Assembly: GCF_018350175.1 (NCBI RefSeq)
Contig: NC_058368.1
Location: 65,536,001-65,600,000 of the forward strand
Source: Felis catus
Taxonomy: Eukaryota
Direction: 5' to 3'
Length of the DNA: 64,000 nucleotides
The notes below the pieces were generated by a model that did not search any database, was not told the DNA's origin, and saw only the letters and a program-made list of their open reading frames with translations. Positions 38,936 through 52,871 of the stretch are shown here, one piece after another; positions within the stretch are counted from its first letter, which is position 1, and each line of letters opens with the position of its first letter. The position numbers were made by a program, and so were the translations under genes.

Positions 38936-39311
38936 TGGACGTCAGGGCTTTATCTGTATAGTGTGGAGGTCCCATGAAGCAATCTCTCCATTATCTTTTG
39001 CATTTAACATACCAGAATTTTAAAATTGAATTGTGTTTATTAATGGATATAATATAGATATGTGCTTACATATATTTTAGATTTTATATTTGAGAACTAC
39101 TTTGATTAGGACTTGAAATTTCAGGAAATTGAAGGAAATTTTTTAGCCGAATACAACTCACTCTAAAAATGTCACCTATAATGCATCTTGTTGAAAGGTG
39201 TTAAGAATTTATTGAGTCTATTTTGTGAGTCCTAAACTGGAATGATACTGCATTTCCTTTCTAAGAGAGACAAAATATCTAAGAATTCGATCCAGGGAGA
39301 GATTTTATTTT

Positions 39312-39598
39312 CCTTCCTTCCTTCCTTCCTTCCTTCCTTCCTTCCTTCCTTCCTTCCTTCCTTCCTTCCTTCCTTCCTTCCTTCCTTCCTTCCTTCCTTC
39401 CTTATTAATTTATTTTTGAGAGAGAGAGCATGAGCAGGGGAGAGGTGGGGGGGGGGGGGGTGGAGGGAGAATCCCAAGCAGGCTCTGCACTGTCAGCACA
39501 GAGCCTGATGTGGGGCTGGAACTCATGAACTGTGAGATCATGACCTGAGCTGAAACCCAGAGTTGGATGCTTAACCAACTGAGCGACCCAGGCATCCC
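39312..39598 (-). mobile_element. CanSINE whose tail is a (GGAA)n array
   Basis: TSD agattttatttt at 39300-39311 and 39600-39611 encloses (TTCC)~23 plus the SINE body. Confidence 0.94.
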
Positions 39599-40825
39599 AA
39601 GATTTTATTTTTAAGGAGAAAATAGATCTACTAAATAGACTTGTCTTGATGCCGGTAGATCGGCATTAGTAAAGCTACTCAATGAGCTAATTCCACTTAC
39701 TTAAATGAGGACAGCCCTTGGATTTTCTTGCAGCACACTATTTTGGACCCATTAATGTTTCAGAACTTCCTTAAGTTGGCAGGTGCCTGTGTATGCCAGT
39801 GGACTACACGGCAGGCTGATTAACTATTGCTTTTACAGTTGTCACTTCTGCTTTGAACTGTCTACCACACCTGCCTTATTTCTGCAGGAGGGGGTCCCGT
39901 GGGCCTCCGCGGCTCCTAATCCAGCAGGGCCAACCTTGAAAAATGTTAATAGATAGTGACAAATACTGAGATAATACATGGCAGTGTGGTTATATGGGGT
40001 GATCGGTGGCACAGCGGTATTTGATATGCTCCTCATTTAGTTCTCTAGTGGAGTTGGGCTCACTGCCCAGTTACATGTTAAAAAGAATAATGACATACAT
40101 GAGGATGTGTTTTCAGGCAGCTGTTAACGGTAGGCTAACTCCAAAAGTTGGGAAGAAGACAGGAAGTACAGTTTATTTTATCACCTGTCAGCTTTTTGGT
40201 AGACACTCTCTTTTTCATATTTTCATTTCTTAATCTGGACTAGATGCCCATAGAATGACTAGGTTTTGTTTAAGTTGTCTTTACCCTTACCATTCCTTTT
40301 AAAATTAGTCTCAATTACCTCCTACTGCCCTGTGTAATTTTTTTTTTTACTTTATATTTCAGGAAAAGGTTGTGAAATATGTTTAAATGGACCAGAATAA
40401 TTACTGAGTATTTTTGGTGGAAGACTAGGCTGTGTCCAGGCATGCGCTTCTGGGTTGTCTGATTCTGTGGGATCTCTGCTCCTATCATCATCTTTGTGCT
40501 GTGGTACAACTCTGTATATTTAAGGAAGTTGGAACAATGTGAATAACTCTTGTCCAGAGACACACAAATTAATTTTGTCCCATGGAAATACAATTGATTT
40601 TTAACTTTCAGTCCTATTCCTACCCATCTTCCTGAAAAAAGCCAGTTTTATTTTTCTTGGTAATTCATTTCAGCATTATTTTATGCTAATATATGTGTGG
40701 TTCCTTGAATTCATTTTGAACCACTAAAATCTTACTGGGTCTCTAATTAGTTAAATGAGATCCTTGACAGATGTTTATTTTATATTTGTAGGAATTATGA
40801 ATATACCCTCTTTTAAAAGCTGTTC

Positions 40826-41011
40826 TTTATTTATTTTGAGAAAGAGAGAAAGTGCAGGTCAGGGAGGGGCAGAGAGAGAGGGAGAGAGAGAATCCCAAGC
40901 AGACTCTGCACTGTCAGCATGGAGCCTGACGCAGGACTCTAACCCCACAAACTGTGACATTGTGACCGGAGCCGAAGTCGGACACTTAACCGACTGAGCC
41001 ACCCAGGTGCC
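40826..41011 (-). mobile_element. CanSINE
   Basis: Reverse SINE; short flanking ctgttcttt repeat. Confidence 0.93.
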
Positions 41012-41497
41012 GCTAACACTGTTCTTTTTGTGGTGGAGATTTTGGGTATGCATTTCATTGCCTGTTTATCGTGCACTGGTTGTGCCAGTAACTGGTGAGA
41101 ATCTAGCTTTTTGAAAGACCATGCTCCAGGGAAATGAGTGCTAAGACATCGAAAGGAAATCTGTGGATGTAGGAGGTGTGGGTGATACCAGTTCTTATCT
41201 AGCCCTTCCCTGTGTTCTGCAAGTAGGCTGAAATATGGAGGCATTTGTTGGCTATCAAATTTGAACTTAGCATCTCTGAGCCAAGTCTCTGCTTTGCCAT
41301 GTGAAGATGTAGAAGCAATATGTGGTAGTCTAAAATGGGAGGAGCTCATCTTTCACATCTCAGTTGCTACTTGGGAGAACATTCCGGTGGTTTCTTTTAA
41401 TATCAGGGATGAAGGAAGTGAAAGGAACAAGGGGTTTGACGTTGAGAAATTTATGTATCTGGTGTCTCTCTGACTTTGGATCAAAAAGGAAAAGAAA

Positions 41498-41499
<2 letters not shown>

Positions 41500-41551
<52 letters not shown>

Positions 41552-41613
41552 CATACATATACATATGTATAAGATAATACATGTATATATAATACATATA
41601 CATTATATATATA

Positions 41614-41663
<50 letters not shown>

Positions 41664-41680
41664 TATATATATGTATATAT
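41500..41680. repeat. Compound (TA)n/(TG)n/(CA)n repeat
   Basis: Seen directly. Confidence 0.95.
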
Positions 41681-42617
41681 AATAATCATTGTGCACCAAT
41701 AACCAGACACTTTCCTATAGGCCATTCTATTTCATCTTCTCTACAAGGCTGGGATTGTGGGTATTTTGTCATGCCTGATTTCATGTGTCACACAGCTACT
41801 AAGTTGAAGTTCAAGAGTTCATACTCATTCTTCCGTGCTTTCAAAGACCAAAAAGTTTTAATGCTGATTTGTGAAAACTTTTCTATTTCTTTGGTATTTT
41901 TCCCCTGCTCTTTTTTGTTTCTTAAAAGAATTAACTTCTAAACACTTTCTACCTTGCCTCCTTTTTAATGGTTTTCCTCAAAATCCCTGTGGGGTTTCAT
42001 GTGTCCCAGCAGACTAGTTACACAGCAGGACTGGGCAGGGGAGGGAGCGATGCAGATGAGTTTGAATCTGGAATAAGCCTGAGGCAAACCCGGGCGAGAC
42101 AGTGTGGGAACCCAAGAGCATTACAGAGGCCCTTCTGTGAGACTTGGGCGTAGAGAGAGAGAAGTCACAGATGAGAGAGTGCTCCTGTGAGTGCAAACCA
42201 GTTTCATTCGAATTCTAGGTTCATAGCACAGGAGCTCTGTGGACTTGAACCTCATGTTCTTCATCCAGTAGAAATTAAAGATAAAAATACCCAAGTCTTT
42301 CAGGCAAGGAGGGCCTAAAATAACTAGCAACAACACTAACGGGTAGCTTCGACTTACCCTGCCTAGGTCCCAGAAACTTCATCCGCCCCTTTAACCACAA
42401 ATCACCTAAAATAGGCATGCAATCGAAGAAAAACATAGTGTGCTTGCTGAGTGAAGGTGGTTTCCAGAAGGAGTGGGCATTGGCGGTAAGTTGCTTCACC
42501 TCTACATACGTGTAAATTGGTGTCATTAAACCTACCTTGGAGTGTAGCTTAATGATTAAATCAGAGAAGCTTACAGATGTGAAGCAGACTGTGTGTCATT
42601 GTCTTTATAATACTATT

Positions 42618-42671
42618 TTATTATTGTTATTATTATTATTGTTATTATTGTACTATTATTTATTGTATTAT
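42618..42671. repeat. Imperfect (TTA)n
   Basis: Seen directly. Confidence 0.85.
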
Positions 42672-44933
42672 TCCCCCAGTCCTGGTGTCAACCTTTCCTC
42701 AGGACATAGCCTCGGACAAGTTTACATTGGTCTATCCCTTAATATGGAGAACAACATTCATGCTTACATGTTCATACACAGCATTTAGTTAAGCCCCTTA
42801 AGTCATCCACATATTATTCTTAGCCTTTGAGACAGTCTAAGCACTGAGACTTCTTTTACACCCAAAGGGTATGTGAGAGAAAGAGGAGCCATCGTGCTTG
42901 AAGCTGGAAAATAAAATGAGCCCTGCCACACGTGGACTTCCATAAAATGGGGGTGGAGCTGTGCCATTCCACTCTTCAAGCACCAAAGCCCCGCCCATGT
43001 CTGTAATTCTCTGCTGCAGTTTGAAGTGACAGGGTACCTTTACTCAAGTCAGTACTATATGTGAATGTCCCTCCCCGTGTGCTGGTGGGATTGTAGTTAC
43101 AATTGTTCTGCAGGAGGCAGTAATTCTGCAGAAACCTTCTTCAGGGGAACCAGGAATGTGCAATTAAAAGTCATTTTTTGTCTTAAATGGCCTAGACCCT
43201 TCTTAATAGTAAAATCCGTATCTGGTTGTTAGCTCAAACTGGAACTGTAGACTCCTGACAGGATTGGTTTAGGGACAGATCCTATGGAAGCTTCAAGTCT
43301 GGCTAGATTCCACCACTCCTTGTACATACAATGTCTCTCTCTTATGGCAGAGCAGTCATGGAAAGCAAAATTAATTTGGAGGGAGAAGAAAGGAGAATTT
43401 ATTGTGAGTCTCAGGAGGACACGTGCTTCCAAACTTGTAAATTACAGCCATTTGCACAGTGAGGTGATGAAACAAATCCTTGCCATTCCATTTGCTCTCC
43501 ACAGCGCATTGGGCAAAGTGTCAGGAACATGCCCCCCAAGAGGTAGCTAAAGATTCTTCTCAGAAAATGTGCTATCAAAAACCAATTGTCTAAGAGCGTG
43601 GGTTTGGAAAAGAAAACGAGCCTGAGTGTTAGCGAAATAGAAAAGCTTCTAGGAGTGTGTCTGGGAAAACTGTCAGATGTTCTTCTAATAGGTTTGTACA
43701 GGTTCACTCACCTCTGACTCACTGTCTTATTTCTGGGAATTTCTCCAGAAATTTGGGAGTATTATGCAGTATAAAGTCTTGGACTCTCCTGAGCACTTTA
43801 AAGGGGAAACTGAGCTAATTCTCAGCCTCTTCTGGAGGTATTCTTTTTCTCCACCTACCTCAGAGCACTAACAGAAGTGTACCTGGGACCTTGGTTGCAC
43901 TTGAGGTTAATCAATGGGATTTTTAAACTACAGTACAAGGCTGATCTTCTGTGGAAAATTTCACAGTGGTTAATTATTTGGAAGAGCCAGAGGGACCCCC
44001 TTGTAACAGTAGGCACCCAATGCATGACCGGATAAATGAGGTGAATGTATGGGTGTTGTGAATCAATGAATGGATAATTAGCTGATGGTTTCAGCTCAAC
44101 GGCTCTCACTCCACTCACATTTATGTATTTCCTATAAGTATGTTTAGATAGCGACTGTATCTCATTGTAGGGTCCTAGAGTTAAAAAGGTTATTAAGTTC
44201 CTTTAGTCTAACTCATTTTCAGGGCAGATATCCCTTCTGAAACCACATTCTCAACCATGGCAGTTGGTAGGTACTTACCAAGGAAGCAAGATATCCTGAC
44301 GCGAGTGATATCCCCCGCAAAATGAAGACTTATCTAGCATCCTGCTCAACTTTAAATGTTCTGATTCTTTGATAGCTGAAAACAAAACAAAACAAAACAA
44401 AAACTCCACTTATAATGAGGTGAATCTAGAATCTAGCTCCATTTTACTCTACACTTAAAATATCATTGTGCAATGCAAATAGGCTCTGAATTTTCTCGAA
44501 GTATGACTGTTAAGTAAATCAAGAAAAAATTGTATTTGTTTCATTTGAAGATTTTTACCGAGAGTTGGTAAATTTTTTTTCAGAAAATCTCATCACCAGG
44601 AGCAGTATTGTTTGTGACACTGATGTGGCTGGCAGTCCCACACACCTCTCTTAGCCTGTGTGTATAGCTGTTGTGTTCATGGCGATAGTATATATTGGCC
44701 AAATAACTGACTACTTGTTTTGCCCCCAATTTAGCCATTGTCCAAGCATTTACGTATTATTAACATGCATATCATTCATGGTGGTATACTTTTAATATGT
44801 CTCTTTTATATTACAGTTGGGGTATTATATTCTTTAAAAAAAATGTGTATGGGTAGTTAGACTACCAGGAGATTTCTTTAAAGCAATCTAATTGGGATTT
44901 CAAATTCATTATTTTAATATTTGAATTCTAATT

Positions 44934-44963
44934 GATATGAGGAACTACGATATGAGGAACTAC
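44934..44963. repeat. Perfect 15-bp tandem duplication
   Basis: gatatgaggaactac x2. Confidence 0.93.
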
Positions 44964-45124
44964 GGACTTTGTATGACAGAGTTCCTGGGACTCTCACCAG
45001 CTTTGCTGCCTTCTGGATATGTCATGATTCAGCAATCTTTCTCTTAAAGTAGTTGTTTCTGAGTAAACCTGATATGCTCCTTGTGTTCTACTTAGTGTAA
45101 AGTCTATTACTTGCATTATTGTAT

Positions 45125-45600
45125 CAATTCATTTTTATTTCATTTATTGGCTGGATCAGAATATAGAGAGCATCATTATGGGCCAGGAGCTAAGAGGCAG
45201 TGGGGGTGCAGTTGATAAACAGATCTCAGTCCTGGCCCTCAATCAGACTGTGCTGCTGTGAGGGACATGGATGGATAGACTGGTCATTGCAGTGCAGTGA
45301 CACGTGTGTGCAAGGGCCATGTGCATAGGTAATGGGACAGCAGCCGGTGGAGTGGCACCTGACCTAGACTTGAGGATCTGGGAAGGCTCTAGAGAAGTGG
45401 TGTTTGAGCTGAGACCGAAGGATGAGAAGGGAGATGGAGGGGACCGGTAGAGGGGTGGAGGAGAAGCTCTCCTAGCTTTCCATGTAGAGGCAATAGCATC
45501 GCCAAGGTCAAGAGTATAATTGAGCCTGATAAGCTGTGCTGCCAATAGTTCTGCTTGGCACAGGTCTTAAGAAGGAGAGTAGCAAGAGATAAATGGAAAT
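45125..45600 (-). mobile_element. L2 fragment
   Basis: ggaaggctctagagaagtggtgtttgagctgagaccgaaggatgaga L2 motif. Confidence 0.7.
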
Positions 45601-45984
45601 ACAGACTTTTCCATGAATATCTTTAATCCAAACACATTGGGATGAACACCATAATGAATACACAGACCGGAAGTAATACAGTTGTGGATCAGGTAGAGTA
45701 ACCTCAACTAAGTTGATCAGTGCAAGTTTATTGGAAGAGAAGTGATTTCAGTTCAAGGGATGTTTCAAGGATTAAGAATGTGAACCCCAAATACCAATTG
45801 GTTGTTCAGGGAACCATGCGGAAGTCCTGAAGAAAACTCAGTAAATCACATCATATATTTTAAATTGGGCTAAGTTGGACCATTAGTTTCTTTGTATTCT
45901 ATTAATTGTCTACACATATCTTTATGTAGATGTTTTCTTCTCTTAATGCATTGAATATGGCAAGTCTAACCACAGAGTTAGACC

Positions 45985-46099
45985 ACTCCTTTTGTATTAA
46001 ACCATGGCTGAACTTTAATCACAGAATTTTTGAATGATATTGCTTGCCTATACTGTTGTCACCTGAACACTGACATTTTAAAGCCCCAGGTTGTAAAGG
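45985..46099 (+). repeat. ~115-bp direct repeat, copy 1
   Basis: Matches 46993-47108. Confidence 0.95.
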
Positions 46100-46500
46100 T
46101 GAACAGGCACAGGCTGAAGTGAACTTTCTGAAACAACATCTATATCCCCAAAATGGAGTGGCATCACCCTCTAGCCTTTTCATCAAAACTAGGGCCTGGC
46201 TTCTGAGACTTTTCCATTAATGTCTATTCTGAAAGAGCCACTCTGATAAATCAATTATTTCCTTGGGTTAAATGATATTGACTTAATCACTTATTTTGGA
46301 CATAAGGATTTGAAGTGCCAGGTAAGAGCAAAGTTACATATGATTCTCATCTGCATTATAGGTTATAAGTGACCATTGATTCTGTCTGCTTTGAAGCAGT
46401 CTAAGAAATATATCTTGAGAGATTATGAAGAAAAAAAAAACACTGATTATTCTAGTGTCCCCTAATTATTGGGTTTTATTCCTATTGGGATTTAAGTTTT

Positions 46501-46584
46501 ATTTATTTATTTGTTAAATTATTTTTTATGTTTGTTTATTTTGAGAGAGAAAAAGAGAGAGACAGAAAGAGGGAGGGAGGGAGG

Positions 46585-46638
<54 letters not shown>

Positions 46639-46804
46639 CCTGAGTGGGGGAGGGGCAGTGAGTGAGGAAGACACAGAATCCGAAGCAGGCCCTAGGCTCT
46701 GAGCTGTCTGCACAGAGGCCTGCGCGGGTCTTGAACTCATGAGCCATGAGGTCATGACCTGAGCTGAAGTTGGATGCTTAACCAACTGAACCACCCAGGT
46801 GCCC
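46501..46804 (-). mobile_element. CanSINE with long (GA)n
   Basis: TSD gattt(a/g)agtttta. Confidence 0.94.
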
Positions 46805-46992
46805 TGAGATTTGAGTTTTAAAAAGAGGCATTCTTTTAAAACATTATGTTCTATGTCAAAACATTTTTAAATCATCTTTATGCAGCATGTTCTTTAAAAT
46901 TCAATGTGGCCTTTCATTGCTCTTTTGAATGCGTTGGGATATGTGCTTTAATTTCAGGAGAGTTTTTCTTCTACTCTCTTCTGAGGTTCTGT

Positions 46993-47108
46993 ACTCCTTT
47001 TGGTTTAAAACCATGGCTGAGCTTTAATCACAGAATTTTTGAATGATAATGCTTGCCTATGCTGTTGTCACCTGAACACTGACATTTTAAAGCCCCAGGT
47101 TGGAAAGG
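46993..47108 (+). repeat. ~115-bp direct repeat, copy 2
   Basis: Matches 45985-46099. Confidence 0.95.
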
Positions 47109-49714
47109 ATGCTAGAATTTATTATAGCATTTGAAGTATTCTCATTTAAAAATCTGGGTCCCCATATGCAAATTTTAGAAAGAGACCTCTTGCCCTTTAT
47201 TAATTGCAAATGTGATGCCAGCAGGGAAAGGACCATGTCCTTGCTGTGGACCTCCCATCACTCATCAGTGAAATAGAGACTGAATGATATTTACCTATGG
47301 GCATCTATCTTAAATGATTAGTGGGAATTAGAGTAATTATTATAAATTAATGGCTCTATGAGTTGTAAAAGGTTAGATATTATAGAGTTTCATTGTCATA
47401 GAGGCAGACAATTAAGGAAATATACACTTCTAGACTGTACCATAGATCTTGAAACATTTCTAGCCACTTTGCCTTTTATTACTTTACTCTGTATGATATG
47501 ATCAGTGTTGCAATCATGGTTTTACAGATGCCTACTAAAATTGAAGTATTTTATGAGGAATAAAAATAATTTTTCATAAAGGCTTACATGTAGTTCAATT
47601 TGATTAGGTTCTTAATCACTCTCACCTGGCCTCGGCCCCTTTACTGAATTGTTCTGCCCTAGTTTACAGTCACTGGACTTTGAACAGTAAATTCTAAATT
47701 TGCAGGTGAGCTGTCATATAATTTAGTAAGAATGCTGATCTGCTGTTATCAGGGTCAAAAACCAGTACTTTGTAAATTGGTTTATTGTGTATTACTGCAG
47801 GATCACCGAATTCAATTGTGAGAATGGCTAAGTTTGAGTTAAGCAAAGAGGGTTGTGGGATTACAACTGCAATAAACTTGAAATTGATCATCATCTGTGG
47901 TTGAACTTATGGGAGGCAGTTGGTTTGATTTATGCAATATGAGTCAAAGAAAGAAAAGATGTAAGTCAGCATCTCTGGTCAGCTGACTTGCACAGGGTCA
48001 CTGAGACCCTGTGAATTACTGTTTGCCTGGATTTGGTAACCGGTGTTGAAGCAGCTTAACTCTAGATCTGACCAAGCCTGCCCATAAAGATGCCATTCAG
48101 GCTGTAGAATTGTAGACACCTTTGAGCAGTTGAATATGAATTTTTAGAAATTTCTAAGACAATTGGCAAGGGAATTGTGAGCAGTCACGAAGGTGGCTGC
48201 ATAGTTATGAATGTTACTTTAATCCCCCTGTTCCAGGTTAGTAATTAGACTCTCTTATGGGTTCCAGGACAGCATGTTTATGAAACACAAGTGGAAAAGA
48301 AGCCTGTGTAAAAATTTTTAGGAAGCATGGTAAAGATTAGACATCTCTAAGAATTCTCCCAGGTAAGACATCATAATATTATCGAAGAATAGAGCGTACA
48401 TAAAGTCAGTCCAACATATATGAAGGAGTGTTGGTTATTTAGGGTTTCACAAGCATGCATTAGGAAGTGGGCTCTTTGTCCTTTCTGTCACCTCTCAGGT
48501 ACAATATCAAACTTTGACTTCCAAACGTTTGCCCACAATGGCTGTAAGAAATACCATTGTTCATCACAACGTAATGCCTACATAATATACACAACGGTGG
48601 CAAAACTCTCACAAGAAACAGCTGTGCTTATTAATTCATATGATGAGCTCGGAAAGACTCTATAAAACTGAAACATGAATGCTTTGCAAACACCTGCCAA
48701 ATGATTTTAGGTCCTCCAGTTTGAAAGATACTTGCGCCAAAAAAGAAGCAGGTGAATCCTTTACTTGGCTATCCCTGCTCGTCATTGAAACTTGGCTACA
48801 TGGGCAATACTGCTCTTGCCTAGAAATCAAGTAGGTAAGCTACAATCAAAGGCCTCCTGTAATTACTGCTGTTCCTGTAAAAGCCATAAGAGTCTGGCAG
48901 GTGTGTAGATGGTGAGGATTCTGTGCTTTTCTGGAAGGTGGACCTTAGCACATAGGTGCACCTTCCCATGCTGGATTCCGAGTTTCTTGTCCAGTAGCAA
49001 CAAGCATAACCTGCTCTTTGGGTGCTATTGAGTGGTGATTAAAGAAGGGAATGGATGAATGAATGATTGAAGAGGGCCAAAAGAGTCAGATGCATCCAAT
49101 TCAGTGTTATACAGAACCTCCCATATGCAAAGAGCTATGCTAAGGCAATGAACACTTCAAAGGTAAATAAGACGGGGCTCGTAATTACTGGTCATGGGTG
49201 TAATAACAGTGGGTGTGAGCAGGTGGCGGTGATACATGTAATGAAACTTAGGTCTTTCATAACAGTAGCATAGGGTAACAGCTTCCCTCTCAAATCTCTC
49301 CCTGATTCCTGGAGTAGTGGCAACAGTGTGTGACTGAAAATTGCAAAACAGGGTCGACCACCTTGGTTCATCATGCTGGGTGATAACTTTGCTTTTGACC
49401 AGTGGGACTTTTCCTGTAAGGACACAGTTTAGCAATGGTCCACACTGTCTGCCATTCTTAAAATAACTACTCTATCGCATGCCTCCTCATCTCTCTCAGG
49501 GCAATTCTTTACTGTACTTGTGGCAGTCAGAAATGACTGTGAAGAGCACATTTTCCTTTGAGGCAAATAGACCCATAGACCTAAATGTAGGTTGTGGAAA
49601 TGGCAGATTCTTGTTGGGCTAGGGGCTTTTTAATTGAATTTGGGAACCCAGCTAATTGAAAGAAGAAGCCAATTAACAACATCCAGTACCTTTAGCTTCA
49701 GGTAGTGATGCACT

Positions 49715-49970
49715 AGCCGTGACACGTTCTAGCTTATAAGAACTGATTATTACGGTTTTCAAGACTTTTGTGAACCTGTTGTTAAGCACAGGCATGATTA
49801 AAATTTAAATTGTACAATTTACAATTAAATAAATTATATTGGAAAAGTAAGGTAATAAATACTCAAAACTCATCACCTTCTAATTATTTCATTATTAGTT
49901 GTGCTCTTGGGGGCTTGTGTAGCTGTATGGAGGAAATGTTATGTGATGGTGTGCTGCTTCACAGCTTTTC
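49715..49970 (-). mobile_element. MER63-like hAT-Blackjack, part 1
   Basis: ggtaataaatactcaaaactcatcac...ctaattatt...gtatggaggaaatg; interrupted by L1. Confidence 0.7.
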
Positions 49971-52168
49971 TTTCTTTTTTTAAATTAAGTCTTTAATTTT
50001 AATTCCAGTATATTTAACACAGTGTTATATTGGTTTCAGGTGTACAATATAGTGATTCAACAATTCTGTACATTACTCAGTGCTCATCAGGATAAATGCA
50101 CTCTTTAATCCCCATTACCTCGTTCATCCATTCCCCTCCCTGGCATCCCCCTCTGGTAACCATAAGTTTGTTCTAGACAGTTAAAAGTCTCTGTTTTGGT
50201 TAGTCTCTCTCTCTCTCTCCCCCTTTCCCTTTTTTCATTTGCTTTGTTTCTTAAATTCCACATATGAGTGAAGTCATATGGTATTTGTCTTTCTGTGACT
50301 GACTTATTTTGCTTAGCACTATACTTTCTAGCTCCATCCATGTCATTGCAAATGACAGGATTTCATTCCTTTTAATGGCTGAATAGTACTCCATTGTATA
50401 TATATGCCACTTCTTTATCCATTTATCAATTGGTGGACACTTGGGCTACATAATTTGGCTGTTGTAAATAATGCTGCTATAAACATAGTGGCACATGGAT
50501 CCCTTTGAATTATTGTTTATGTATTCTTCGAGTAAATACCCTGTAGTGTGATTGCTGGCTTATAGGGTAGTTCTATTTTTAACTTTTGGAGGAACCTCCA
50601 TACTCTGGTCCAGAGTGGTTGCGCCAGTTTGCATTCCTGCCAACTACATATGAGGGTTCCTTTTTCTCCACATTCTAGCCAATACCTGTTGTTTCTTGTG
50701 TTACTGATTTTAGTCATTCTGACAGATGTGAGGTAATATCTTATAGATTTGATTTGTGTTTCCCTGATGACTAGTTATGTTGAGCATCTTTTCGTGTGTC
50801 TGTTGGCCATCTATATATGTTGGAGAAATGTCTGTTCATGTCTTCTGCCCATCTTTTAATGGGATTATTTGTTTTTTGGATGTTGAGTTGTATAAGCTCT
50901 TTATGCATTTTGGATACTAATCCTTTTTTGGATATGTCATTTACAAATATATTCTTCCATTCAGTAGGTTGCCTTTTAGTTTTGTAGATTGTTTCCTTTG
51001 CTGTGCAGAAGCTTTTTTATTTCAATGTAGTCCCAATAGTTTATTTATGCTTTCTATTTTTCCTGCCTCAGGGGACCTATCTAGAATCAAGTTGCCGTGG
51101 CCGATGTCACAGAAGTTACTGCCTATGCTACATTCTAGGATTGTTATGCTTTCATGTCTCACATTTAGATCTTTAATCCATTTTGACTTTATTTTTATGT
51201 ATGGTGTAAGAAAGTGGTCCAGTTTTGTTGAAGAGCAAATGTCTTGTTCTCATTATATATTCTTTCTTCCTGTGATGAAAATTAATTTACCATATAATTG
51301 TGGGTTCATTTCTGGATTTTCTATTCTGTTTCATCAATGTACATGTTTATTTTTATGCCAGTACCATACTGTTTTGATTATTATAGCTTTGTAATATAAC
51401 TTGAAGTCTGGAATTGTTTTATCTCCAGCTTGGTTTTTCTTTTTCAAGATTGCTTTGGCTATTCAGGGTCTGTAGTGGTTCTCCACAATTTTTGTTTGTT
51501 TGTTTGTTTGTCTACTTCTTTGAGAAATGCTGTTGTTATTTTGATAGGGATTGCATTAAAAGTGTAGATTGCTTTGGGTAGTATACACGTTTTAACAATA
51601 TTCTTCCAACTGTAAGCATGGAATGTCTGTTTATTTGCATTGTCTTGATTTTCTTTCATCAATATTTTATTTTCAGAGTACAGGTCTTTTACCTTTTTGG
51701 TTAAGTTTATTCCTAGATGGTTTGTTGTTTTTGGTGCAATTGTAAATGAGATTGTTTTCTTAATTTCACTTTCTGCTGCTTCATTAGTGTATAGGAATGC
51801 AACAGATTTCTGTAGCTTGATTTTGTGTCTTGTGACTTTACTGAATTCATTGACCAATTCTAGAATTTTTTTGGTGAAGTCTTTAAGATTTTCCACGTAG
51901 CATATCATGTCGTGTGCAAATGGTGAAAGTTTTACCTCTTTCTTATCAGTTTGGATGACTCTTACTTCTTTTTGTTGTCTAATTGCTGTGGCTTGGACTT
52001 CCAATACTTTGTGGAATAAAAGTGGTGAGAGTGGACATCCTTGTCTTGTTCCTGACCTTAGGAGAAAACCTCTCAGTTTGTCACCATTTTTAGCAGGATG
52101 TCAGCTGTGGGTTTTTCATATAAGGCCTTTCTTATGTTGAGGTGTGTTACCTCTAGACCTTCTTTGTT
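49971..52168 (-). mobile_element. 5'-truncated carnivore L1 (~2.2 kb)
   Basis: ORF2 RT/C-terminal remnants ([58 protein letters not shown]), 3' UTR and T tail. Confidence 0.95.
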
Positions 52169-52169
52169 A

Positions 52170-52338
52170 TTATCATGCTGCATAGCTTTCACAGCTTAAC
52201 ATTCAGGAACCTCATTTTGGTAGGTAGAAACCAGCCATGGTGGGAGTATTTATACCAAGGGAATTGGCAAGCAACATAAATCAGGGCTTCTCCTCAAAAC
52301 TGGAACGCTAGTTGTTAAACATTTAACAACAGAATGCT
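52170..52338 (-). mobile_element. MER63-like hAT-Blackjack, part 2
   Basis: gccatggtgggagtatttatacca...attggcaa...aaatcagggct...gttgttaaacattta. Confidence 0.72.
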
Positions 52339-52524
52339 AACTCCATTTACAATAACTTAGATACTGAGATTGATGGGCACTGAAAGGGGGAAAAGAAAAA
52401 GAATAAGCAATGGTGCTAAATTTGGGGCAAAACAGATAATCATGGCAATTGTAATACGCACAGTTACAGATGCCCTAGGAGCTAGTGCAGAGGCTCCCAA
52501 ATGTTCTCTGTTCATGGAGGCCTT

Positions 52525-52871
52525 GGTGTCAGGGCTCTTCAGAGGAGCAGAACTGATGACATACACATACAGATACACAAGGGTATCTGTTTAAAGGATT
52601 TGACTCATGCAATGGTGGGGCTGACAGGCTGAAAACTCCAAAGCTGAGGCTGCTGTCTTAAGGCAGAATTTCTCCTTCTCAAAGAAACCTCAGTTTTTGC
52701 TCATAAGGGCTTTCAACAGATTGGATGAGGCCCACCCATGTTATTAAGAGTATTATCTTTTACTTCAAGTCATACATCTTAACCTTGTGTGTAATACTCC
52801 CTTATAGCAACATGGTGATTAGTATTTCACTAAATTGCTGGTACTAAACACTGGGACACAAAATTGTCACA
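52525..52871 (-). mobile_element. MLT2-type ERVL LTR
   Basis: gcagaatttctccttctc...aaacctcagtttttgctc...ttcaacagattggatgaggcccaccca. Confidence 0.8.

Noticed and set aside
51459..52004. 181-aa reverse-transcriptase-like ORF
   Set aside because: Frameshifted remnant of L1 ORF2 in a 5'-truncated copy; the same applies to 3438-3803 and 38679-38975.
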